Below, one piece after another: positions 1 to 9,018 of a stretch of DNA of 64,000 bases. Under the pieces are notes generated by a model. It did no database searches. It was not told the DNA's origin and was given only the letters and a program-made list of their open reading frames with translations. This DNA is from a virus, in IMG/VR virus record IMGVR_UViG_3300033146_003479, positions 1 to 64,000 of that record; one strand, written 5' to 3'. The position numbers were made by a program, and so were the translations under genes. Every line of letters begins with the position of its first letter. Position 1 is the first letter of the stretch.

Positions 1-14
1 TGATAAATGAAGCC

Positions 15-2156
15 ATGAGTGAGGATGACTTTTATATCAAACGAAACGTGGACAAAGTGATGACGAAGTCGGAATTCAAGAAATTCGTCGAGACGGATCC
101 ATCAAGTAAGAATGGTGAAGTTGGTAAATTGACCATGCAAGCGATTCAATGGTATAAAAAAGACCCAAATAAACATGATTTCATGAATAACCTACATACC
201 ACTTACACCAATTTAGAATGGTTCACTAAAAATTCCAAAAATGGAAAATTTAAACAACACATGAAGTCAAAAGGATTCAATTCAATTCAAGATATTAAAA
301 CGTCAAGTGACTTAAATGATACAATTAATTCATTTAATATTAAGAATTCTAAGGACAAGACTACAAGTGGCATCAAGGAATTGGACAAATTAAGAATTGG
401 AATAGATCATGAAATATTATTTCAAAATGAAGAATGGTTAGTATCGGATATTTTTACCCATAAGGCATCCGTTATATATGGTAGAGAAATTTGTAAAGGT
501 GGACCCTGGTGTACCGCATCAAGAAAATCGTCAAATTTTTTCGAGTCATACCTATCTAAAGGAGACTTAATATTCTTTTTGAATTTAGAGGATTATAAAA
601 AGTCTCACTACTACGCTCCTATGGTAGAGGAGTTCTCCACTTTCCAAAACCAAAATGAAATGAATAAATTAAATTTATTTCAAAGAGAAAATCCAGTCCT
701 GAAACCAGTATTCGATCAAATCCATGCCGAAATGAATAAACAAAAAAATGACCCTAATTATGCAACCGATAAATTGTTTAAACGGTTTAAATTAAGTCCA
801 TCCGTTACATCATTATCCATCTCGATTAAAAAAAATATTAGTCCTGAAAAATTAAAACCATGGTTGAAAATTGCAGTCCAAAATAATTTAGACTTATCTG
901 AATATAAAAATAGTAAACATAATATAACGAAGAAAATTCCATTATTCCAGTACGCACTTCGACATAATGATTCAGAGATATTTAATATGGCTGAAAGGTT
1001 AAATGCAACGATCGAGTTATCGTCATTATATTATATTAATTCAAATACTAATGTAGATTTAATTAATAAAATTCTTGATAAAATGAAGCCATGGGATAAC
1101 TATACATTATCTTATATTTCCAAAAGTAAGAATGTAGATTTAATTAATAAAGTTTTGAATGAAATAGATGTTTGGGATAACTATACATTATCTTCTATTT
1201 CCGAAAGTGAGAATGAAGATTTAATTAATAAAGTTTTGAATAAAATAGATAGTTGGGATATGGACACGCTCCATGATATTTCCAAAAGTGAGAATGCAGA
1301 TTTAATTAATAAAGTTTTGAATAAAATAGATAGTTGGGATATTAACACGCTCCAGGATATTTCCAAAAGTAAGAATGTAGATTTAATTAATAAAGTTCTA
1401 GATAAAATGAAGCCATGGGATAATTACACATTGAATGCTATCATATCAACTAAAAACCCTGATTTAATTAATAAAGTTCTATATGAAATAGACAAATGGG
1501 ATAAGAATACATTGTACGTTGTCACATTAACTAAAAACCCTGATTTAATTAATAAAGTTCTAGATAAAATAGACAAATGGAATAATACCATATTGGATAT
1601 TATCACATCAACTAAAAACTCAGATTTAATCAATAAAGTTATCGATAAAACAGACAACTGGGATGTTATTATGTTGGAAACCATTTTGGACACTAAAAAC
1701 TCAGATTTCATTAATAAAGTTCTAGATAAAATGAAGCCATGGGATAATAAAGTATTATCTACAGTTGCACTATATGAAAATCTAGATTTAATTAATAAAG
1801 TTCTAGATGAAATTGAGCCATGGGATAACAAAACTATAAATGCTTTATCTGATGTACGTGATCCAGATTTAATTAATAAAGTTCTAGATGAAATTGAGCC
1901 ATGGGACGAAACTACCTTGTATTATACTATTCAATCTAAAAATCCTGATTTAATTAATAAAGTTCTAGATAAACTTGAGACGTGTCAGAGTCACACTTTA
2001 ATGGACTTTTATACTTTCAATGATCATGATTTAATTAATAGAGTTCTAGATAAAATAGAGATATGGGATAATATGACACTTATTTACATCGAACGTTTGA
2101 ACCATCCAGATTTAATTAAAAAAGTTCAAGATAGAATTAATAGTCAATCTACCTGA
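15..2156 (+). CDS. WCTAS-motif domain protein with C-terminal 27-aa helical tandem repeats; may extend upstream of the window
   Basis: N-terminal ASVIYG..GPWCTAS..FESYLSKGDL block shared with 11396..13069; 14 DLINKVLDK..W repeats; frame is open back to base 3 (ATA AAT GAA GCC ATG). Confidence 0.75.
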   Translation: MSEDDFYIKRNVDKVMTKSEFKKFVETDPSSKNGEVGKLTMQAIQWYKKDPNKHDFMNNLHTTYTNLEWFTKNSKNGKFKQHMKSKGFNSIQDIKTSSDLNDTINSFNIKNSKDKTTSGIKELDKLRIGIDHEILFQNEEWLVSDIFTHKASVIYGREICKGGPWCTASRKSSNFFESYLSKGDLIFFLNLEDYKKSHYYAPMVEEFSTFQNQNEMNKLNLFQRENPVLKPVFDQIHAEMNKQKNDPNYATDKLFKRFKLSPSVTSLSISIKKNISPEKLKPWLKIAVQNNLDLSEYKNSKHNITKKIPLFQYALRHNDSEIFNMAERLNATIELSSLYYINSNTNVDLINKILDKMKPWDNYTLSYISKSKNVDLINKVLNEIDVWDNYTLSSISESENEDLINKVLNKIDSWDMDTLHDISKSENADLINKVLNKIDSWDINTLQDISKSKNVDLINKVLDKMKPWDNYTLNAIISTKNPDLINKVLYEIDKWDKNTLYVVTLTKNPDLINKVLDKIDKWNNTILDIITSTKNSDLINKVIDKTDNWDVIMLETILDTKNSDFINKVLDKMKPWDNKVLSTVALYENLDLINKVLDEIEPWDNKTINALSDVRDPDLINKVLDEIEPWDETTLYYTIQSKNPDLINKVLDKLETCQSHTLMDFYTFNDHDLINRVLDKIEIWDNMTLIYIERLNHPDLIKKVQDRINSQST
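1050..2140 (+). repeat. 81-bp (27-aa) coding tandem repeat, 13 full units plus 1 partial
   Basis: GATTTAATTAATAAAG core recurs at 81-nt spacing (1056, 1137 ... 1785, 1866). Confidence 0.95.
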
Positions 2157-2264
2157 TAAACCCGACTTCGAGAGAATTAAATTCATACTACTTTTGAATA
2201 TCATCATTGAGTTGTTAACTCAAAATACTCTCTTCGTTGCTCAATAGTAAGTTAGTTTCCAAGT

Positions 2265-2510
2265 TTAGTCATCTCCTCCCGTTAGGAACCAATGACGAAC
2301 TCTTCTCACACTGCAAGGGATGCAACCTCGACCCTCAAGTAATTCAAATGGAGAGCATTTGAAAGTACATTGACATTCAGTGCATACGACATCAATTTCT
2401 GTAAACAATCCATTGTATGGCTCTAATACTTCATATAGATTTCCATGAACTCGATGGAGTTCATTAATGAAGGCTTCGTTATCTTTATTCTTAGATTGAT
2501 GTTTACTCAT
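2265..2510 (-). CDS. single Zn-ribbon unit of the repeat family found in the neighbouring endonucleases
   Basis: EAFINEL..HG..YEVLEPY.G....I.VVCTEC...F..SP..LLEGRGC..C matches the repeat unit of 5397..6548. Confidence 0.65.
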   Translation of the reverse strand: MSKHQSKNKDNEAFINELHRVHGNLYEVLEPYNGLFTEIDVVCTECQCTFKCSPFELLEGRGCIPCSVRRVRHWFLTGGDD

Positions 2511-2566
2511 ATTGAATTCTCCTCAATGTCTTCGGTATACTATTTTTCCGTTTTTATCTCCAATAT

Positions 2567-2872
2567 TCACTTCTTCTCATCGTGATATATTTGAGTCCAT
2601 TCTTCTGCTGTAGGAGTTCTATGTTCGTTGCACATAGAACATTTCATTTTAGTACAACTAATTGGATATGTTTTTGTGGGTTCCCATTCATGTGGACTAC
2701 CATTTAAACAATCGGCTTTATATGTATATGATTCTTTTGTCCAATCTATAGTGAATATAAACATTTTGCCACACGCAGAACATTCATTCTCATAATTATC
2801 ACTAGGATCATCACACTCATCGTCATATATCTCTATTAACTCATCGCAATATGGACAATAATTTTCCATCAA
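2567..2872 (-). CDS. small Zn-finger protein
   Basis: CPYC, CSAC and C..H/CSMC motifs; GGAG Shine-Dalgarno upstream. Confidence 0.65.
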   Translation of the reverse strand: MMENYCPYCDELIEIYDDECDDPSDNYENECSACGKMFIFTIDWTKESYTYKADCLNGSPHEWEPTKTYPISCTKMKCSMCNEHRTPTAEEWTQIYHDEKK

Positions 2873-2932
2873 TTCACTCCTTTTTTAATTAAACTCAATA
2901 TTACTTTATACTTCAAAATAATATTCATCATT

Positions 2933-3190
2933 TTAGTTAAATCCAATGTCTTCCCAACGATATCTCATATTCTGAATAGAATTATGCATCTTTCGTCTAC
3001 CGTGCTTACCTCGCAATACAATATGACTATGTTCTATTCGATTAAATGGTTGAATGAAAGTCTTTCTCAGCCAAGAACAATATTTAATCTCTATTGGAGT
3101 AGCAGAATCATTTGAATAGGTATACATGATCTCAGATGGGATATTGAATGCTTCGCACATCTTCGTTTGAAAATATTCTATTTCAGTCAT
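2933..3190 (-). CDS. hypothetical protein
   Basis: AAGGAG Shine-Dalgarno, same strand as neighbours. Confidence 0.6.
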   Translation of the reverse strand: MTEIEYFQTKMCEAFNIPSEIMYTYSNDSATPIEIKYCSWLRKTFIQPFNRIEHSHIVLRGKHGRRKMHNSIQNMRYRWEDIGFN

Positions 3191-3203
3191 AGTTTTCTCC
3201 TTA

Positions 3204-3569
3204 TTATTTAATCAACTTGTCTCTTAAAATATCGTTTATATTTTCTAGTTCCCAATATGGAATACGAATCAACTCAATATTCTTATTCAAACAATAATCA
3301 TTCTTAATACTATCGTGATATTGTATTTTTGTAAATTGCAATTTCATTTTGGTTCTAAAGTCAGGAGTAGTAAAATGTCCGAACCAAAATGGCTTAAAGT
3401 GTTGCTTCCCATCAAACTCGATCAATACATTATGATCTAATAAATAAAAATCAAACGGTAATGGACGTATATTTCTACAATCAGAAAATCTTTTCTCTGA
3501 TTCAAACTCTATATTGTTGGTTTTTAGCCAATTATAAATTGTTCGCTCGCCCATACTTCGTCTAGACAT
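3204..3569 (-). CDS. stand-alone PD-(D/E)XK (Vsr/DUF559-like) endonuclease domain; ORF track start 3611 overlaps the promoter, probable start 3569
   Basis: GERTI..WL...IEFESEKRFSDCRN.RPLPFDFYL..HNVLIEFDGKQH, nearly collinear with the C-terminus of 5397..6548. Confidence 0.75.
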   Translation of the reverse strand: MSRRSMGERTIYNWLKTNNIEFESEKRFSDCRNIRPLPFDFYLLDHNVLIEFDGKQHFKPFWFGHFTTPDFRTKMKLQFTKIQYHDSIKNDYCLNKNIELIRIPYWELENINDILRDKLIK

Positions 3570-3601
3570 TTTCACATTCTCTTCTATATTAATACTTAAT
3601 G

Positions 3602-3630
3602 AATATATCATAATTAATATACTTTGTCAA
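3602..3630 (-). promoter_or_regulatory. sigma70-type promoter with extended -10
   Basis: minus strand TTGACA-17 nt-TATATT, with TG at the extended -10 position. Confidence 0.8.
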
Positions 3631-3633
3631 GTT

Positions 3634-5394
3634 TTATGTTTGAGATGTTGTCCAACTAAGAACTTTATTGCCAGCATCATAAATTCTCAAATAATCGTTT
3701 GCGATCATGTTTTCATATTCACTTAATTGATCATCATATATATCTAACAGAGTCTTTAGTTTATGCTTTTGATATTTTATTCTCGAATCTAATAATAATT
3801 CAGTTCGCTTAAAATAAAAATAATTTGGACTACTAATTCCAATTTCTTGAAATTCATTATTAATATATCCTTGTCCATTAAAATATCGCAAATCAATATA
3901 TGTGATAATATTTTCTGGTTCCCAATCTCGTTTGAAATGAGTTAATAATTTTGAAAATCCACCTGCCACATGAAATCCTATTTTTGTGCAAGTTCTAATA
4001 TTTTCCCATTCATATGATTTATTAAACCTAGACTTACTAAAACTCATAAGTTGAACTAATTCACCATTATGATATAATCCCAGTTTAACTTTTGCTCCAA
4101 CGTATCCTTGTATGTGATTGTCCACTAAAAATGATCTATATTCAGAATTCGAAATTGATTTTATTTCACATTTCCTTGCAAATATAGATTGTGATTTCTT
4201 CAATTTCATTTGAATGATAGATTGAACAATGGGCTTTTGATTTATCCATTCAGATTCAAATATTTGAAAAACTTGAATGTTTTTTTCGTGAAAGAAATTC
4301 CATTTTTGTTGGTGAGCAAATTTCGATTTATGTAAATCTGAATGCCAATATAGTCCATGATACTCGATTCCAATATTAAATTCTGGTAACCATACATCCA
4401 ATTCAAAAAACTTCTTACCGTCATAATAAAATCGCTTATTCATTTGAATGTCTAAATCAGGATTCAAAGATAATAGCCATTGATTAATTTCAAATTCTGG
4501 CTTCGATTTGAAGGTATGTCTTGGACAATAGATGTTCTGAGGAATCAAAGATTCCATTGAAATTTCATTATCACATTGTAAACATTTATATGTTTTATGT
4601 CCTTTATCGAAATCAAACGAAATATAATCTTCTTTATTAAATAATGGAGTAATATATTTTAATGATAATAATTTTATAAAAGTATCCCAATAATTTTTAC
4701 GATAAGTGTCTCGCCAACTATCGATCATCTTCGCTCTAATTTCTGGGACCTGTGCAGTAAATTCATATCCATATCTTTCAACACAAGTGGATCTATTCTT
4801 ATCTGAATTGTTGAAGTTTTTATCTCCATATCGTTGAAGTTTTGTGTCTAATCCTTTTTGAAAAATATCTTTCGATTGAATAGCATGTTCTACTCCATAT
4901 CGTTCTAAATTAGTATTCTTTATTTGTTCTTGAACCTCTTTTGATTCCCAAGGATTAGATACTCCGAATTTCTCAATATTAGTATTTGCTCGTTTCTCAG
5001 CAACCTCTTTTTTCTCAATATCACTCTTTAGAGCATTTTTCTTGCCCAGATTAATGTAATAATCATCTCCATATTTTTTAAGAGTAGTCATCTTAGTTTT
5101 CTGAGATACAATAGCATGTGCTTTGGGATTTCGACGACATTTCATAGAACAAAATTGTTTGAGTTTTTGTGTGCTCGAATCGTATTTGATAATGTTTGTG
5201 TTGCAAATAGGACACTTCATGATTTCTGTGTGAGATTCTAAAAAATAAATCTTTCTTAATACTAAACTGGAATTTTTAGGTAAATATGAAGTAGCATCGA
5301 AAAATAAGTCATATTCACCTTCAGTTAAATTTTTGATCCATGATGGATGTGACGTTTTTAATGCCCGTATTTTATTTTGTAATTCAATATACAT
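3634..5394 (-). mobile_element. Hef-like homing endonuclease: Zn finger, KYG repeats, PD-(D/E)XK domain and C-terminal Mom-like GNAT domain
   Basis: CPIC..FCSMKC; repeated T.L.(K/R)YG; ELDVWLPEFNIGIEYHGLYWHS; FARKCEIK..FL..NHIQG..ITYIDLRY..G.GY. Confidence 0.7.
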
Positions 5395-5396
5395 AT

Positions 5397-6506
5397 CTAA
5401 CTGCTAACTTTTTTCAAATGAAATGTTAAAATATCATCTATTTTCTCGAAATCCCAATATGGGATACGAACCAATTCAATGTTCTTCTCTAAACAATAAT
5501 CATTCTTAATAGTATCATGATGCTGAGTTTTTGCAAACTTTAACTCCATTTGACTTCGACTGCTAGCCCCAAAACCGCATGGTTTATAATGTTGCTCTCC
5601 ATCAAATTCAATTAATATATTATGATCAGATAAATAAAAATCAAATGGTAATGGTTGCTCATTCCTACAATCAGAAAATCGCTTCTCAGACTCAAAATTG
5701 ATATCATTACTTTGCAACCACTCTCTAATAGCCCTCTCACCCTTACTACTAGCACATACTGGACATCCTGTATTTGAAAATATACTATGTGGACTAGTTA
5801 GCCAAACATTGTTACACTCATTGCACCTAAACTTAATTTTAGTTTTCGAATTAATGTATTCCTCCAATGGAGTATACCTTTCTTTATACATGCTCTTTAA
5901 TTTTAAAAGAAATTCATCATTTGTTCTCTTATGTGTGCCAAAACATTTAGGACACCTATTTCCCCATAAAAAATCATTCCTCTTAACTGAATACTCGTGT
6001 CCACATACAATATGTTTCATTTCAACCTTATCATATGCTCCTGTATACTTACCAAGCACTTCATAGTCAGTTGATACTAACTCATTAACTTCTCGTTTAA
6101 ATTGCTCTGTCGTAATGGTTTTAACTCCAAAACAATTAGGACATCGAGTTCCTCCATTTAAGAAATTGCCTGGTTGAACCTTCCATTCATGACCACATGA
6201 AATATGTCGCATTAATATAGGAGTACTTTTATTAATATAATCTTCTAATACTACATATTCATCTTCAACTTTAGCAAACACTTCTTTAACAAATTGCTCA
6301 GGAGTCTTCTTTTTAGTTCCACCACATTGTGGACAACGATTGCCTCCTATGAAATATTCTGGACGACCTTGCCATTCATATCCACAAGAATTATGTCTCA
6401 TTAATATTGGAGTTCTTGTGTTAATATACTTTTCTAAAATTGTATATTCGTCTCCAACTAAATTGAAAACTTCTTCTTTAAATTGTTCTGATGTTTTTTT
6501 TCGCAT
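5397..6506 (-). mobile_element. Zn-ribbon-repeat PD-(D/E)XK homing endonuclease, full length; probable start 6506 (ORF track 6548)
   Basis: four H.CGHEW..P..F..G.RCP.C-type repeats plus PLPFDFYL..IEFDGEQH; AAGGA Shine-Dalgarno before ATG at 6506. Confidence 0.8.
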
Positions 6507-6617
6507 ACTTACTATCCTTATTATATTATCATTAGTGTAATATATCAAAAATGTTGATATTTTAATAATAATTGAATCCTTATTTGGACAACAATTTATA
6601 GGATAAAAATTGTGATG

Positions 6618-7226
6618 TTATTTAGAGATTGATTCTATTGTTGAGCGATTTGTGCCAAAACATTTAGGACACCTATTTCCCCATAAAAAATCATTCCTCT
6701 TAACTGAATATTCATGACCGCATTTAATATGTGTTATTGATACTTTTGTTCGAGCCGTTGTATATGTTCCTGTTACTTCATATTCATCTCCTACTAGAGC
6801 ATTCACTTCTCGTTTGAATTGACTAGTCGTTATAGGTTTTGTTTTATTACAATTAGGACATCGAGTTCCGTTATTTAAGAAATTTCCAGGCTTCACTTTC
6901 CATTCATGATCACATGAAATGTGTCGCATTAATATGGGAGTACTTTTATTAATATAATCTTCTAGTACTACATATTCATCTCCAACTTTAGCAAATACTT
7001 CTTTAACGTATTGTTCAGGAGTCTTCTTTTTAGTTCCGCCACATTGTGGACATCTTGTTCCTGCAACAAAGTTTATTGGCTTCACTTTCCATTCATGCTT
7101 ACATTTTTCATGTCGCATTAATATTGAAGTATTTACTCCAGCATATTCTTCTAATACTGTATATTCACTTCCTACTTTTTTAAATACATCCTCTAAAAAT
7201 TCATCGTGCGTTTTACGTTTTCCCAT
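6618..7226 (-). CDS. Zn-ribbon-repeat protein lacking the nuclease domain (truncated paralogue of 5397..6506)
   Basis: three Zn-ribbon repeats; 6651..6710 is identical over 60 bp to 5934..5993; GAGG Shine-Dalgarno. Confidence 0.8.
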   Translation of the reverse strand: MGKRKTHDEFLEDVFKKVGSEYTVLEEYAGVNTSILMRHEKCKHEWKVKPINFVAGTRCPQCGGTKKKTPEQYVKEVFAKVGDEYVVLEDYINKSTPILMRHISCDHEWKVKPGNFLNNGTRCPNCNKTKPITTSQFKREVNALVGDEYEVTGTYTTARTKVSITHIKCGHEYSVKRNDFLWGNRCPKCFGTNRSTIESISK

Positions 7227-7266
7227 TACTCATTCCTCGAATTTATAATTGTTAAATTTACAAAAT

Positions 7267-7295
7267 AATATATCATAATTATGAATAAAATGCAA
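7267..7295 (-). promoter_or_regulatory. sigma70-type promoter with extended -10
   Basis: minus strand TTGCAT-17 nt-TATATT with TG extension. Confidence 0.75.
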
Positions 7296-7344
7296 ATAAA
7301 AAAAAGCCTAATATATGAATGCTTGGTAGACTATATAAAAAACC

Positions 7345-7380
7345 AAAAAAAGCATCATTCCCGAAGAAATGATGCTTTTT
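7345..7380 (-). terminator. intrinsic terminator downstream of gp23
   Basis: minus strand GCATCATTTC-UUCG-GGAATGATGC followed by a U7 run; cUUCGg loop typical of T4-like terminators. Confidence 0.9.
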
Positions 7381-7410
7381 GGACAAAAAGTCAGAAACTA
7401 AGTGATTTAA

Positions 7411-8979
7411 TTAAACATTTGAGTACAGTACAGGTGCCGACCCTTCACCGAACGCAAAGTCAAGACCACTAATATCCAAGTATCGGTAATAAAGTTTACT
7501 TCCAAATGGATTCGGTGCAATTCCATATCTAGTTCTGAAGCCGAGTCTTGGTTGGAAATCATTTTCCCCAACTGCTCTTACAAGGCTAAGTGGCACATAT
7601 GGGCAATAGAACATTCCTGCATCCATTTCTGAATCACCTTTGTAACCAATAAGGGCATAATCTCTAGTTGCGAAAAGGTCGACATATACTTTATATCTAC
7701 CAGAAAGAGTTCCTGCATAAGCAACAGCAGAGTTAGCATTAAATGATTTAGTCACATCAGTCCAAAGTTCGTAACCATCAAGGCTCTCAAGGGCGGTCTT
7801 CACGTTCATTGAACAGATTATGAAGTTACCATTTCCTCTACGAGTAGAGATAGCGATTTGGTTAGCAAGTTTATTGATAAGGTTGAAAAGAGTTCTGAAT
7901 CTTTCTTGGCTCCATCTACCATCAACATCAGTATAGTTGTATGAACTTACACCACCAGTGATAGCGGCTAATCTAAGTTGGTCAACAACTTCTCTATTCA
8001 TTTCAGCGAGAATTTCATAAGAAAGAACATTGATCAATTCTGCTTCTGCATCAAGTCCATGATAACTTTTCAAATCTTCAGCAGTTTCGAAAGAGTAACG
8101 AGCCTTAAGGATTCTAGTCATTGCTTCAACGGACACTTTATCGATAGAAATATTCATCTGATTGATTTCAGTTCCCATTCTTTCGGAGTAATCTCTAGGG
8201 ATTCCACCAGCACCTGGCATATTTCCATTTCCAGACCAGCCGTCAGCCATTGATTGACCATAAGCACCAGAATAGTTTTGGAATACAGCATTAAAAAGTG
8301 CTTCATCAGGAAGGTCGAAAACAACAAGTGGAGTTTGAGCGGTCGGAGTAGTTCCGAGTTTATAGAATTGGTCGCCTCTTGTCATTGGTTCAGTAATAGT
8401 TCCGACACCTGCTTCACCAACGATTTTTCCAGTATTATCTGCTCTTGCTATAAGAACGGTAAGTCTACCAAGGTTATCATCTCTTTCAGTATGGATAATT
8501 TTTCCATATTTAGTTGGAGAAGTAAGGTTATCAACACAAATAGTACCCGGAACATAGTCAGTAGCATTATAAGTTTCGAAATCTACAACTTGTAGCATTT
8601 GGAAATTATCTTTCATTGAAGGGTTAGCATTATCATAAGGAAAGGCACCGTTAGCATCATTACCCGCATAATGTGCTCTCATTGCGAAAATGAGTTGTGA
8701 TGGTTTTTCCATTGGTTGAACACCAAGTACATCAAGAGCAATAAGATCTGGAGCAACACGTCTCAAAAGAGGGATAAGGATGGTATCATATCCAGCGATA
8801 TCAGAAGCAGTGTTAAATTGTCCAGCCTCATTGAGCATTTTTGCATCAATAGAGTTCATTTGATTTTCAAGCATCATTGCAACAACTGCCTTTTTACTTT
8901 CCTTGATAGGTGCCGCAGTTTTGTAATTGATAACATCGTTCCACTTATTAAGTAGATTTAAAACTTTCTTTTTTTCCAT
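7411..8979 (-). CDS. gp23: T4-like major capsid protein
   Basis: LLRRVAPDLIALDVLGVQPM..P; ARYSFETAEDLKSYHGLDAEAELINVLSYEILAEMNRE; FYCPYVPL; FQPRLGFRTRYG. Confidence 0.97.
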   Translation of the reverse strand: MEKKKVLNLLNKWNDVINYKTAAPIKESKKAVVAMMLENQMNSIDAKMLNEAGQFNTASDIAGYDTILIPLLRRVAPDLIALDVLGVQPMEKPSQLIFAMRAHYAGNDANGAFPYDNANPSMKDNFQMLQVVDFETYNATDYVPGTICVDNLTSPTKYGKIIHTERDDNLGRLTVLIARADNTGKIVGEAGVGTITEPMTRGDQFYKLGTTPTAQTPLVVFDLPDEALFNAVFQNYSGAYGQSMADGWSGNGNMPGAGGIPRDYSERMGTEINQMNISIDKVSVEAMTRILKARYSFETAEDLKSYHGLDAEAELINVLSYEILAEMNREVVDQLRLAAITGGVSSYNYTDVDGRWSQERFRTLFNLINKLANQIAISTRRGNGNFIICSMNVKTALESLDGYELWTDVTKSFNANSAVAYAGTLSGRYKVYVDLFATRDYALIGYKGDSEMDAGMFYCPYVPLSLVRAVGENDFQPRLGFRTRYGIAPNPFGSKLYYRYLDISGLDFAFGEGSAPVLYSNV

Positions 8980-9018
8980 AGTTAATTTCTCCTTTATAGG
9001 TTAGTCATTATATTTTGG

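Noticed and set aside
1050-2140. 81-bp periodic repeats as a CRISPR array
   Set aside because: Units are in frame within a long ORF, variable parts are homologous codons rather than unique spacers, and no cas genes are visible.
7281-7472. 63-aa + strand ORF
   Set aside because: Runs across a minus-strand promoter, the gp23 terminator and the gp23 stop; no Shine-Dalgarno.
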